A stretch of 64,000 nucleotides of DNA from Phoronis australis (GCA_002633005.1 NMRA01000226.1:420339-484338), one strand, 5' to 3'; positions 13,301 through 26,073 are shown, counted from the stretch's first letter. The notes: generated by a model from the sequence alone, not told the origin. Numbers and translations are program-made.

Positions 13301-13500
13301 GCATGTACTGTTAATTACCCAATTCATTTCAGATTTTTCTCTGGGGATATGAGACCCAATTTTGGATTGGCATGCTTTGTTGGTGACGTGATATTCCTAT
13401 CCTAATGCCAGTCCTCCATTCATCATCATCAATGAAATGTACTTGTTTGTTTTATGCAATAAATTTGTGAAAAAGACAATAAAAAAAATATTTAAAAAAT

Positions 13501-13626
13501 CATCATGATCCCGATCATCACCACCAACATCGCCACCACCACCACCATCACCACCAACATCACCATCATCACCACCATCACCATCGTCACCGTCAACACC
13601 ACCATCATCATCGTCATCACCACCAT
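13501..13626 (+). repeat. (CAY)n imperfect trinucleotide microsatellite
   Basis: Run of CAC/CAT triplets in NDUFA7 intron 3. Confidence 0.9.
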
Positions 13627-14392
13627 TTTCAACAACAGAATAATACCTTAATGTGGGTTTTCTGGAAATTTGAACCTTTCCACAAGTTTGTTGGAAAAAT
13701 TGTACCTCTTCAGAGGATAATTAGGTTAAAACAGGTGTGCCTCGTTAGAAGTGCCCTGTTATCTCTCTTTCTGAAAGACTGAAAATTCATATTGAACTCA
13801 ATTATCTTGGTCAACCACTTCTACTGCTTTGGCTGGTGGATACCCTAGTGATAAAATTCTTATACTCCAGGGCCAGATTTATGGCATCATACGTAAGATA
13901 CGACTCATGCAACTGTCTCACAAAAATTCAGATTCCCATAATAGGACCACACCACATGTTAAGAGTCAACAGAGGGCAGCAACAACTAAGGAGACTGATA
14001 ATCTATGTTCAACAGCACGGGTAAAACAGGCATACATTCAGACACTGAAATTTTAATTATTTTCCTTGAAAATTTGGGGTCGTGCTCACCTATAAAGTGA
14101 GCAGCGAGTCCATTTGAATAAGAGTTTCTTTAAATACACAACTTCATAATCAGTACAGTTGGCCATTTACTGTGACATGTTTAAAAAACATGAGAATACC
14201 AGTATACATGTATGATCACCATGTAAGTTAATGGTACCTAAAATTACAAGAAGGATGTACTCTTCTCTCAGTCGCTCAAACTAAACAGCATGTCCCAAAT
14301 AAAAGAATCTTGATCATCATCATTGCTTAAATTACCTTCACTAATTAGCAGGTACTTGTAATATTCATGAAATAAAATATTTCTCCTTTTAA

Positions 14393-16182
14393 AGGAGAAT
14401 GCCACCCGATTTAATTAGTCTTTTTACTGTCTTAATCGGTCTATATCCACATCGCCTCTTATACGGTCGACCTCACCTTGCCGAGAGGTGTTGGGTTAAC
14501 CTGTGAGAAGGTGAGAAACGACGTAGCGACGTCACTGGTTCATCTGCAGAGTGAATGCAGCTATATTGCGGTGCATCGTTCCCGCTTGTCCAAACAATGA
14601 AGCTGTGAGGAAAAAGCGGGTATTTATTTTTTTGACTTCCTTGAGAGCCCGAAATGCTTAGGAAGTGGCTCGCTGTTTTTAGCAAGTATGAGGCCATGAA
14701 ACATCTCCATGTCTGTGGCCGGCATTTCCTCAACAGTGATTTCTCTGACGAATTCCCGCTTACCAAAGAACTATCCATACGTTTCGTTGCCTGTGCATGT
14801 TCACGGCACCTCTCTAGTATTTCTTGATCAGCGTATCACAGTTTGAACTGATAGCCTGTGAAACCTAACGATTCGACCCGTGTAGTCTTCGTCAGACTAT
14901 GTCGTGATTGGCGCTGGGCGAGTTGCCATGTAGACGTTTACTATTCTGGGTTCTGTTTCAAAATGAATTATTCTCACCCTAACCAATGCTTATATAAAAC
15001 TGAAACAAAGTCTGTCTCATTAGATACAATTTGTAATGCCTTTGAAGTATTCGAGAGTTCAAATGTTTTGAAAAGCCCGCATAAACCACCGTGTTACTGG
15101 CTTTAGATGCAATAAAGGTAATTGACCGGGCACCGAGGCCGTGTGAGCACATGCTAATTCAGTGTTTGCTGACAGAAAGCTGTTGTGAAGCAATTATTCG
15201 ATTTTATATGCTATGGTCACATGTTAGGGGAATCTTTATTTAAGTATACAAATACATTATTCAAATCATTGCTACTGTACAACTTTTGCCCTGACGGTTC
15301 TGTCGAAGGTGTACCTGACTTCGCAGCCCCCGACAAGTAAGTAGATTTTCAGTTTCGTGGCTAATTCACTTAAATAATTATGTGCACATTATTACTTTGG
15401 CTCACTATTATAGTCTTTTGGTGACTGAAGGTTTACTTTCCAACTTAAGCTGGTTTATGTTCGTGATGTCCAGTCCCGGCGGCCGCGACGGGCCTGATAG
15501 GTACCAAGCCACTGGTGGGGAGTAACAAATATTTTGTGTATTAAGAACAGAAAAAATCGCAAGTCTAAAACTACAACAAACAGCTATGTTCCCCCATCTG
15601 TATTTCACGGCAGAATGATTCGAATTTATCACCAAACAAACCCAAACTCCCGCGATCAACCAAATTGGCCAGCTGAACTCTGTAGGCTACGGTACGTTCA
15701 AACACCTATAAATCCGTAACCGTGAAATAAAACAACACATTTGTTCAAGAACTCGATGAATTCAAGCAATAAGTTGACACCAGTAAGCATGTTGTGAACG
15801 GCTGAACAGACTGCGCTTGAAACGATTACGTCATTGGTCTGCCGTTAGGTGTTAGGTAAAACAACTGAACTTGCTGTAGAACTACTTGATCTAAAAAAAA
15901 AACAGTGCAGGTGGTCTGATGTCATTTGTGGTGCATCAGACGTGCGCAGGCCTCATGGTTGGGCCCATTGCACAAAACACCTGAGCAAAGGCACGAGACC
16001 CCAATTATGGCTCCTCGTGAAGAAAGTTTTCAAGTCTGCCAGTCTCCTTTAGGAAAACGGACAGACGTTTCCATTTGTTGCCNTGTGTCGGGCTAGGTTG
16101 CAGTGGCCCGTCAAAATTTGAATGACGTGTCTTATACCCAAAATTGATACAAAATAGGTTGTTTTTAGGGTGGCATTCTCCT
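14393..16182. mobile_element. Non-autonomous Kolobok-type DNA transposon, copy A
   Basis: TTAA|AGGAGAATGCCACCC ... GGGTGGCATTCTCCT|TTAA: 15-bp perfect TIR with TTAA TSD. Confidence 0.85.
15904..16082 (-). mobile_element. Probable LINE 3' end remnant nested in Kolobok copy A
   Basis: Not seen in copy B; encodes GNKWKRLSVFLKETGRLENFLHEEP-stop (like non-LTR ORF2 C-termini) followed by a tail shared with the SINE at 38547-38778; ends at the single N (16083). Confidence 0.5.
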
Positions 16183-16234
16183 TTAAGTGAAACAGTTTCG
16201 TTGCAGATTTTAACCTGCACTATTATGCATTTAA

Positions 16235-17900
16235 AGGAGCATGCTACCCAAAAAACAACCTAATTTGTATCACTTAAGATTGAGTAGTTCTACTCCATAA
16301 CGACATGTACGGTTCAATACCTGACACCTGATGGCAGACGGACATGTTGAAATTATCCAATGACGTCATCGGTTTCACACGCAGTCTGTTCAGCAGTTCA
16401 CAACACGGGTTACTGGTGTCAGCTTATCGCTTGAAGTCATCGTTTAACACCAATAAATCATCAAACTTCGATGTAAGGCCCTTAAAAATACACCTAGTTC
16501 TTATAAAAACGTGTTGTTTTATTTCGCTCTTATGGATTTATTGGTATTTGGACACACCGTAGCCTACAAAGTTCGGCAGGCTAATAAGGTCCGTAGCAGG
16601 AGTTTGGGGTCTGTTCGGAGATAATTTCGAAGTATTTTTCGTGAGATACAGACAGGAGAACCTAGATCTGTGTTGTTTAGACTTGTGATTTTTTTGAGTT
16701 CTAAACACAAAACGCTTGTTATCCTGGCCAGTGGCTCGGAGCCCGATCAGGCCCATCGCGGCCGGCCGGATTGCCTTGAGTTATCCAGGCCAGTGGCTCG
16801 GAAACTGATCAGACATCACGAACATAAACCAGCCAAACTTCAGTGGAAACTAAACTTCGAGTCAAGAAAATACTATACTAGTGATCCAAAGTAATGTGCA
16901 CGTGATTATGTTGGTGAATTAGCCACGAAACTGCAAATCTATTTACTCGTCGGGGCCGCGAATTCACTCGGGTTCCGCTTTGGCCACAGCACCATCTGGG
17001 CAGAAGTTGTACATTGACAATCATTATTTGAGTAATGTAAACGTAAATAAAGATTCCCTTAACACCTGACCGTGGGATGGAAATCGAGTTGTTTCACAAC
17101 AGTTTCTGCCAGCAAACACTAAATTAGCATGAGCTCACACGGCCTCGGTGTCCCGTCAATTAGTTTTATTGCACCTAAAGCTGGTAACGCAGTGATTTAT
17201 TCATTGCTAGCTTCTCAAATCATTTGCACTCACGAACACTCCAATGGCATTACAAATTGCATCTAATGAGACAGACTTTGTTTCAGTTGGTTAGGGTGAG
17301 AATAATTCATTTTGAAACAGAACGCGCAGCAATAAACGCCAACATGACAACTCGCAATCCCGACTTAGGACAAGCTAGAGCTCACCAGTCCCGACTTCGC
17401 AGGTGGAACGTTAAGTTTTACAGGCTATCAATTCAAACAGGAATACAGTGATGAAGAAATACTAGAGAGGCGCTGTGAACAAGCTCAGACAACAGAACGT
17501 ATGGAGTTATTTGGTAAGCCGGCATTCGTCAGGCACTGTCGACTGCAGGCCACAGACATGGTGATGTTTCACGGCCTCATACTTGCTATTTACAGCGTAC
17601 ATTTCATTATTCACTACCATGAGCCACTTCGTAAGCATTTTGGACTCTCGAGGAAGTAAACAAACGATATACCTGCTTTCCTCGCAGCTGCTTAGGTCGG
17701 ACAAGCAGGAACGATGCACCGCAACGTAGCGGCATTCACTCTGCATATGAACCACTGACGTCGCTAGCGTCATTTCTCACCTTAATCACAGGTTAACGCG
17801 ACATCTCTTGGCAAGGTAAGGTCGACCGTATGTGAGGCGATGTGGATATAGACCGATTAAGACGGCAAAAAAGACTAATTAAATCGGGTGGCATTCTCCT
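16235..17900. mobile_element. Non-autonomous Kolobok-type DNA transposon, copy B (inverted relative to A)
   Basis: TTAA|AGGAGCATGCTACCC ... GGGTGGCATTCTCCT|TTAA; internal blocks are reverse complements of copy A (e.g. 15080-15200 vs 17083-17200). Confidence 0.85.
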
Positions 17901-17915
17901 TTAAATCTCAACCAC

Positions 17916-17965
17916 TAGACATGCAGTTAGACATGCAGTTAGACATGCAGTTAGACATGCAGTTA
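17916..17965 (+). repeat. 12-bp tandem repeat (TAGACATGCAGT) x4
   Basis: Seen directly. Confidence 0.95.
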
Positions 17966-17994
17966 TACACACAAATGTCCAATAGAATACATAC

Positions 17995-18135
17995 TGTCCA
18001 GCAGGAAGAGCTTTTTGTCCAGCATCGTAGGCTACGGTCGGGGGATGGCTCTCCCGACGGCCATCCCTGGAGTAATAGTAATTGGCACTGAGCTTATGAG
18101 ACGGTCCCCCTGGCAAATTTGGAGCTGGCTGTGTC
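17995..18135 (-). CDS. NDUFA7: NADH dehydrogenase 1 alpha subcomplex subunit 7, exon 3
   Basis: [33 protein letters not shown] is the signature NDUFA7 (B14.5a) motif; gtccag acceptor and gtatgt donor. Confidence 0.95.
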
Positions 18136-18647
18136 CTGGACAAAACACGAAAATATTCATTGTGAATTCAATCGGTTGGTTGAGTCATACCTTGTGTTAA
18201 AAGAAGTAACATAAAAGTTAAAATCTCACCAATTTTAGACAAAAATAATAGTCAAAATTACTCCTTTTCATTTTTTAATGCCTTCTAACATTATTGACAA
18301 TGCTCACATTTTCTCAAGACATTTTAATTATCTAAGTACCCGTGAATTGAGCAGAGTTGATAAATAGCGGAGTGGGAAATGTCTTTTCAAGAAAACGAGA
18401 GTAATTGAGCATTTCAGTAATTCTCTATTATTAGTCCAATCAGCATGTCCTCATAGGACGGTTAAGATATCATTAAAACAGAACAGTTATAGGAATTCTG
18501 GTTGGTGAGTTGGAAAATGAAAATATGGGTGGAGGGCAAAAATGTGCCTTCAACCTCTGTGGTATGGTTTACTGAAACATCCCTAAGTATTTTCACTTCC
18601 TCTGTGGTTTTCACTGTGACTGATGATGTACAAATTTGGCGACAGAT

Positions 18648-20009
18648 AAAACGAGAGCGCTCGGAGGAGCGACACTTGGCAAAATTACGCGAAAACAGGA
18701 CGATGGGGAGGACGACGACGATGATCATGACGATGAACAACACGATAACATTCATGTGACTAGCAAACAAATCAGTAAGAAATACCCTGCAGTCTTGTTC
18801 ACGCACCCGGTTTCTCGGACGGCAGACGACAGAGGTTGATAGCAAATGCCAGCTACCGGTTTGCATCAAAAGTAGGTAAAAACTTGGCTTTTCTCATTCA
18901 AAAACACAAATAAATCAGTTTTCTGGCATCTGTTTACAACAGATTCCACGAACAACGAGCCAAACCTGACATACGCCCTGTATATGAATTGTAGGCACTA
19001 GAAAATGCCCTGTAGTCGCAGACTGACTGTCACTAGAAAATGCCCCGTGGCCGTGGCCTGACTGTTTAGTGCTACCTACAATCTTGAGCGACACTAGGCG
19101 AAAAGAACGACGATGATGATTGTAATGATGAAGATGGCAATTATGAGCAACACTATAACACTCATGTGACCTGAGAAGATGTGAGAAATCAGTAAACAGG
19201 CTACAGTCTTGAGCGACACTTGGCGAACAACAAAATCAGTCAACAAAGGAACAGCGTTTTCAGAAACTCGAATAATTCAAAAAGTAGACGTCCTAGAGAC
19301 AAATTGAAAATATCTTCTGAGAGTCCGTTCAAAATTCTATGTAACCAGGCAGTTTCGCAGCATTTAATGAATTTTTCGAAAAACTTGAAATTTTGCATTT
19401 TTTTGAAATTCAAAGTCAAATAACTCGAAAATGGTAAGTCTGAGAAAAATGTTATTGCAACACTTTTGAAAGAGCATACTTCAAGGAATCCACATGCAAA
19501 AATTTCCGTCATTTGCTCTTTCCGTTAAAAATGTGACCGCAGAACGATTGAAAACAGGAGAAAATGCACCAGAGCCGCCATCTTGAAAGTGACTTCCGCT
19601 TAAACAAAATTTTATAAAAGCTGATCAATAGCAACAAACACGTGACCAGTTTGAAAATGATTGGTTTGCCAATGGGCCTTCTACAGGAGAAAACATTTTC
19701 GGCCAGATATTGAGGAGCGCATGCGCCATTGTCAATATTTCTGCATTCTTTGACCAGAAGTCAACATTTTCCGCAGAGTTGTAGTACATGCGTTCTATAA
19801 TAATCGTACCAACTTTCAGCCACGCCCGCCATTTTGAATCCGATCATGACCAAAAACAATAGGCTTCCAGAAATTTCTGATCTACACGTTGTGTGCAAAT
19901 TTCGTGCGGATCGGACGAAAATTGTGACCTGTAGAGAGCGAACAAACAAAAAAACTTGATGTCAGACCAACATACTTGGCGGAATTCTGGGAATTCCGCC
20001 AAGTAACAA
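18648..20009 (-). mobile_element. Helentron-associated interspersed element (HINE/DINE-1-like), copy in NDUFA7 intron 2
   Basis: On minus strand: 5' TTGTTACTTGGCGGAA..TTCCGCCAAGT stem-loop, TTTG-rich tract, 3' GCCAAGT followed by the CGCTC-ctcc-GAGCG hairpin; homologous to 40285-41671. Confidence 0.75.
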
Positions 20010-20083
20010 GCCTAGGAAACTTCAAACATTTCACTTTTGCTAATTTGAAAAAACTGCTGTTGATGAGGTAAGAGGTGACTCAC

Positions 20084-20130
20084 CTTGGAGACATCAATTG
20101 CTCAAATCTGGCATGATTTATCAACTTGCG
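20084..20130 (-). CDS. NDUFA7: NADH dehydrogenase 1 alpha subcomplex subunit 7, exon 2
   Basis: tttcag|RKLINHARFEQLMSPR|gtgagt; phases 0 and 2 fit neighbouring exons. Confidence 0.85.
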
Positions 20131-22089
20131 CTGAAATAAAGACCAGTGCAGATAAAATGACAAATACGCTAAAAAAATTATTGAGTGTATATGCGTCACT
20201 GACATGCAATGTACTAAATAACGACTGAGGTGTGTATGGCTCAAAAACAATCAACAAATTCCACTATTTATCAGTTGGATACAAACAGCTGAGAGTAGTC
20301 TGGGTGTAGGTTAATAATCAAAGAGGCACTATACCAGCATTTTGTCAAAAAACAACTTTTGGTTTAGAATGCTCGCCATTATAAAGTTTGCTCCTGACTG
20401 ACAGTTTGTTACTACCTCAGAACAACATCATGCAGTTTATCACGGCGGTTAGTTTCAGCTGCCGAAACAATAATAGTTATTCAATGTTTCAGCAAAAGAA
20501 TGAAAATACGCTGTCGTTAGCTCTATTTAAGTTAGATCCAGTTGGTGTGAAATGGTCTGCCTGAGGTTAACACACAGCAGGTCCTTGTTGAATTTTGATG
20601 TTGGTCTTCAGACAGGTAGCTGGCTGGCTGTTTTATCCAGGTGGTGTGAATTTTCAAGGTCTTCATGAGGTTAACAGACAGAAGTTAGTGGCTGTATTTT
20701 GATGTTAGTTTTCAGACAGGTAGCTCACTGGCTAAACTGTAGGCATATCCCCATACAAAGTTACTCACTTCATAATACAACGAATAATATGAAATGCAGC
20801 ATGCATATGTACTCAATGAGTTATAATCAACACATATCTTGACTGTAAACAATTTCGTCATCATAATTTGAAAATATCTCAGAGACCCTTTGACGCAGGT
20901 AAATGAAATTTTGCAGGTAACCATTCAGTGTTACGATACACGTTTCAGTAAATTTTTATCCAAATCGGACGTTTTGGCACATTTTGCATTATATATAATT
21001 GAAAATACTACGGACTGTTGTAAATTCTTTGCTGAAATAAAGGTTTACCTATATAGAACTGTTCTGTTACTATATCTTGTCACCAAAGGCCTTATTTATG
21101 TTCTGACTGATCTTTGAAAAACACAACTAGCAAACCTTCGGCGAACCTAAATATTGGACACCATGTTTCCCCATACGCCACACCGCGGAAAACTGACTAA
21201 TCACGTAATTTCAGCTTGAGTGTTGTGACATATATGCTGCTAGAACACAGGTCCATTCGCAACAAAATTATCCATAAAATGAAATCTGATGACGGTGCCA
21301 AGTCGTTTCCATGAATCACTGCAGACGACTAAAGCACGTGCAAACTCACAGCCGTTTTTAGTATCTCTTTGGCTTCTTGATTTGACACCCGCACGTGCGC
21401 GGTTGGGGTTTGACTTGAGTTTAAAAACAAATGAAAAACTGGAACAGTGACATATTGTCAGTTCAATGAGATGGTTTCATTGCGGATAAAATATTTTGTT
21501 TTCAACTTTTATAACCGATTTATGCGATCGTCCATTTTAGGCCAACTTGGGGGTCTAAATTGCACCCTCACTCGGTGAAATCAAAACGAGGCAACGCTGT
21601 AAAAAACGAGACGGTGCCGGACACTGAATGCATTACAGTGGAACAAAAATTGTTGTCCTTTAATTCACAGATTATTCTTCAAGTAAGATTTTATGAAATG
21701 TCCGATATTTAGGGTCTGTCCGATAATTAGGTACACTATGTCATGTGTAGTCATACCGAGTCATAAAACCAGAAAGGGTCACTGAAGAAATTAAGCACTT
21801 TTGTCTTATAAAATGAAAATCTTAAGTGCAAATTGTATTTTTGCCGAGGTGGAAACCTCTGTAGCCAACCAGCCGAGGGGCTATATGAGTTGCCACTGGC
21901 ACAGACTGTGTTGGTTAGGTTACAGTGTCAAGAGACACTGTTGTTGCCTGGCCGAGTTCTGACTTTGACTTTGAGAAAGAATACGCGAAAAATAAATTTA
22001 TTAATAGCGCTTCCGCTGGTACTTAGCGACTACTCTAATGTTTTTATACGTTATCTCTCGTGATGAGACAATTCCTAAATCCAAGTTAC

Positions 22090-22149
22090 CTGCAGCATTA
22101 AATCGCGAATCTTTTGCATAAACGGAGTCAAATTTCTGGGAGCCGCCAT
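22090..22149 (-). CDS. NDUFA7: NADH dehydrogenase 1 alpha subcomplex subunit 7, exon 1
   Basis: caaaATGGCG start; MAAPRNLTPFMQKIRDLMLQ|gtaact. The four exons give 112 aa. Confidence 0.9.
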
Positions 22150-22389
22150 TTTGGACTAACTGAGAAAAATTTCTTTTTATAAAAAATTGTACCATGAATT
22201 GAAAAATTTCCTATGCTTAGTATCAAAAAAAAATTAAATGTTATTCTCTGCAAATTTTATGAATGTTATTTATAACAACCTTATTTATATAAATGAATGT
22301 TGGAGCAAAATGTTTGTTGCTGAACTGTTCAAAACTCCGTGGTTTTTCACGTGAACCCCTTGATCTCTCTTTTCAACCCGACATTCAAA
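22150..22389. promoter_or_regulatory. Bidirectional promoter NDUFA7/RPS28 with TCT/5'TOP pyrimidine tract
   Basis: 240 bp between divergent ATGs; TCTCTCTTTTC at ~22364-22374 just upstream of the RPS28 ATG; E-box CACGTG at 22348-22353. Confidence 0.75.
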
Positions 22390-22419
22390 ATGGACAGAAG
22401 CAGTACAAAGCTCGCAAGG
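22390..22419 (+). CDS. RPS28: 40S ribosomal protein S28, exon 1
   Basis: caaaATG; MDRSSTKLAR|gtaatt, phase 0. Confidence 0.9.
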
Positions 22420-24291
22420 GTAATTAATGCTCATGTATTTCTTCTCCAGTCTCCGATAAGAACGAGTTAGTTATAGCTTTGCATCCCTAAGTGATGTTAC
22501 AAACGGTTGTGATCTAAATGACACATCTATCACCGTCACCGCCAAAGAATCTGCATACAACACAGTGCAAGTCTTGTCTCTTGATCATGTTGTGTTGTCG
22601 ATAGATCGGTGAACATCGCATGCGGCAAGCCGACAGTTTTTAGAGTTTGTTTTGCTCGAAAACTTTCATGTCTAAATGCGTAGGTCGTGGTTAGGGCACT
22701 AGTCGGATATAATGGACCCTAACTTATTCCAAATAATTCCACTGAATGTGGGTCTAAATGAATGATTTTGATATCGTTGCATTCCTCACCTCAAAGTCCT
22801 CAGACATCTCGCTATCCGTACATACCTTATTCGCCGTAATAACCGCCCAGGGTGCTTAGAAAAGTTCGGTGAAATCGGAATCTAAGTCTTAAGATTCATC
22901 ATATTTACACTCTGACGTATCTGTAATCTATGAAAGACTTTCTACAAAACCGTGGTGCATTGCTGTCAAACTTTGCTGCTAAATTACGATCATTTTACAG
23001 AAAATTGTGTTTTTGTTGCGTCTATGACTGTATCTCTTAAACCGTTCGCAGGATCTTTACTTAATTTAGGAAGTGTATTTATATGATGTTGACTAGGGAT
23101 GGCGAAGACTTTCGGACAGATCTGGCTACTGCTGTACCCCCTAGTGACAATTTTAGTTTTTTACGTTTAACTCAGTGGATCCAATGGACACTGTGCCCAC
23201 TAGTGGCAATTTCATTTTATTATGTTTTCCTTTGTTTCTCTGAAGATCCTTGACAGATTTTTATGAAATATGGCATGTTCCTGTTTTTGGATGGATTGTA
23301 TGTTTTGCGCCATCCAGTGGCTTTTTTTATGATACAAATAAATAACCCTAAAAGCACACCATTTGCAATGCATTCGTGGGCGCATTTCAACGCTCTGCGT
23401 TGCTCTTGTTTTAATGGAGTTGAGGAAGATAATTTAAAGTTTTGAGAAAACAATGAAGTTGCATTTGAAGAGACATGCAGAAATATATTCTTGAGTACAC
23501 GTGTCTACATTTCATTTCACCACACAGTACTGCAATTCATAAGTCCACAGTTAACACGTATCCTCAACAAATTCACAACTCAGGCCCATCGGCGCTTGAC
23601 ATAGGCAAAAATCTCTACTCGAAAGTTGAAGTGACGGCAAATTTGCACTCGCTTTCATGTACCCGGACTTGTCCTCATATAAGATGACGACCAAAAAAGA
23701 CGTCAGAATTCCATGTTTGAATTTGGGGCTCCTATTTTTGCATTTTCCAATCGTTTTTCCGAGCGCTTTACTAGAAAATTTTGGAATTGGAATCGCCTGG
23801 AGTTTGGTTATTGGCGTTGCCAGTGGTTGCGGGGAACATTGGGGTTGTAAGGCGTCTGATGCAGTGGATTATAAATGGTCGCTTTGTTGAAATTGACACG
23901 AGGTCAATCACAGTCTTTCATACTACACTACAACAAATTTATTCTTAAAAAAAGAACCATTATTTTCTTGCAGTTTGAGAGCCAAATCCTGGCCTGTTTC
24001 ACAGCCAAATTAACAGGTGCTTTGCGCGTGACTGGGTGACCTACTTTTTCCATTAACAGCAAACTGTGCGACACACACAGCAAAGTTGAATCGCCCAATA
24101 ATCATTTTATTCTGCAAAAGTTGAAATGTGTTGAGAGCTGAGTGTCCTAACCATTCTCACAAGAAGCAACTGCCGCTTGGCAAGCGATTTAGATAGGCTT
24201 CATATGACAGTGACTTTACGTCACACCTGGAAGTCGTGTCACAGCACTCCCTTCTTTGGATCAAACTACATTTCATGTTCTGTTGTTTTAG

Positions 24292-24339
24292 GTAACCAAA
24301 ATCCTCGGCCGCACTGGCTCCCAGGGACAGTGTACTCAG
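24292..24339 (+). CDS. RPS28: 40S ribosomal protein S28, exon 2
   Basis: ttttag|VTKILGRTGSQGQCTQ|gtatgc, the eS28 signature. Confidence 0.97.
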
Positions 24340-25077
24340 GTATGCATTACTATAGTTTATACTATGATCAACGAGAACTGCACATGATTGTACAAGTTAA
24401 AGTGATTTCATAACAAGCACTTCATTGTATTTTTTCTTCAACAGTGGCATTTTTTCTTTAGTAAAATGGCTGAAGTTAACTACACCAGGCAGGAGTTTGT
24501 TCGACCGTCTTGTGTTGTTTTCTTGTTGTTTCAACCAACTTGAGTTGTTGACAGAATCTTAATTTCTGAATCGACATTCTCTAAATATCTCTCTAAAAGC
24601 GATGATGGGATAGATAATGTAATGTCAATCAATAGCATGTGTAAATTAAATCTTATGCATGATATAGTGGACAAGTTTGTAAAAAGTGTGTACTCTGTAT
24701 CATTGTGGTTCTCGAGTTCTATCAAAAAAAATTTCTATTTCTACTAGTATTTTTCGAGTAGCTGCGAACGCATAGCTGAATTGAAAGAAATTGTTTCTTT
24801 GGTAATTCTGTACATAACTGTCATAATTGTCTAATTACCTTGTTTGAAGTAATGAAAAGTCAGCCAAATGTTGTTCTATAACACCTGTATAGTACAAGCC
24901 ACTGTTATTATGGTCTGATTAAATTCTAATTAGCATTTATGTTGGTGGAGACATTTGACAAAATCAAATTTCACCTGTCCACCATATTGTTAGGTAAATA
25001 AGTGAAGAATGGTCGTGTGTGACGTGGTGCATATTGCTATTTAACTTTCATGAAGTGGTAACCTTGTGCATTTTTAG

Positions 25078-25200
25078 GTGCGAGTAGAATTTCTTGATGA
25101 GAGCAGTAGGTCCATCATACGCAATGTGAAGGGGCCCATCCGAGAGGGCGACATCTTGACGCTACTTGAGTCTGAACGTGAAGCTAGGAGGCTTCGCTAG
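25078..25200 (+). CDS. RPS28: 40S ribosomal protein S28, exon 3
   Basis: ttttag|[40 protein letters not shown]-stop; 66 aa in total. Confidence 0.97.
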   Translation: MRVEFLDESSRSIIRNVKGPIREGDILTLLESEREARRLR

Positions 25201-26073
25201 CATAGGTAGGTTGTGCCTTGTTGTCTTAGTTGGCGGTGCTGGAAAAGAAACAATTCGTAAATTGCTGTTTTAACGAATACATTACAACTGATAAATTAAA
25301 AACGTGTGTGAACATATAAAAAGCCCTAGTAATTCCAAACATTACATAATCTCTTATTTGGTAGAGAAATAAACAAATAATAAACACTGCCTTGTTTCTT
25401 TAGGATAACTGTCAATGAAAATTACCATACTCATTTACATCAAAGAAGTCTCTCAAAACAAGACTTTCGAAAGATTGTAATGGTAACTGATTCTCGAATG
25501 GTTTCCGGCACACTGGAGGAACTGGGGTTGTTTGTAAATTACAGTACTTCATTTGCATATTCACAATTTAATAAGATTATGCATCTTTAAGACATTTTTG
25601 GTTATCCGTTTTGATGCACAAAACATAAGGATAATCTCCAATACAAACAGTTATTACAGGCTCGTGACACTTTGAAGATAAGTGAAAGCATAGGTAACAT
25701 GTGTTTACGCCAAGAGTCGTTCTGGATGTTTTCTCAGCATCAGAACCGCTAACCTCAAAGTCACTTGTTAATGAACAAATGTGTCGCCAGTGGGACTAGT
25801 ATTGATCTGCTTTGATTGTTACTAAAAATCACGGTGTTTATTCGTTGGATATGAATGGTTGTATTGCTAATTAGGGTCGCTTTTTGGCTCAATCTCACCC
25901 TTGGTTAGAAAAGATATTTGCTGGTGTTGTAGGGTGGTAATTTCTTTGCCTAACAGTGCTAAGAATAAACTGACTTTTCATATCTCAAGAGGGAGATTAG
26001 TTGGAATGTCTGTGGGTTTATGAGTGCAGCCACACGATGTTGGTTTGTTCATTTACTGTGTTTTGTGTTTCAG

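Noticed and set aside
22420-26073. Intronic snoRNAs in RPS28 (hairpins near 25715-25760 and 25866-25965; TGAT..CTGA near 24364-24473)
   Set aside because: No convincing C/D pair with terminal stem and no correct H/ACA geometry by eye; would need snoscan, snoGPS or Infernal.
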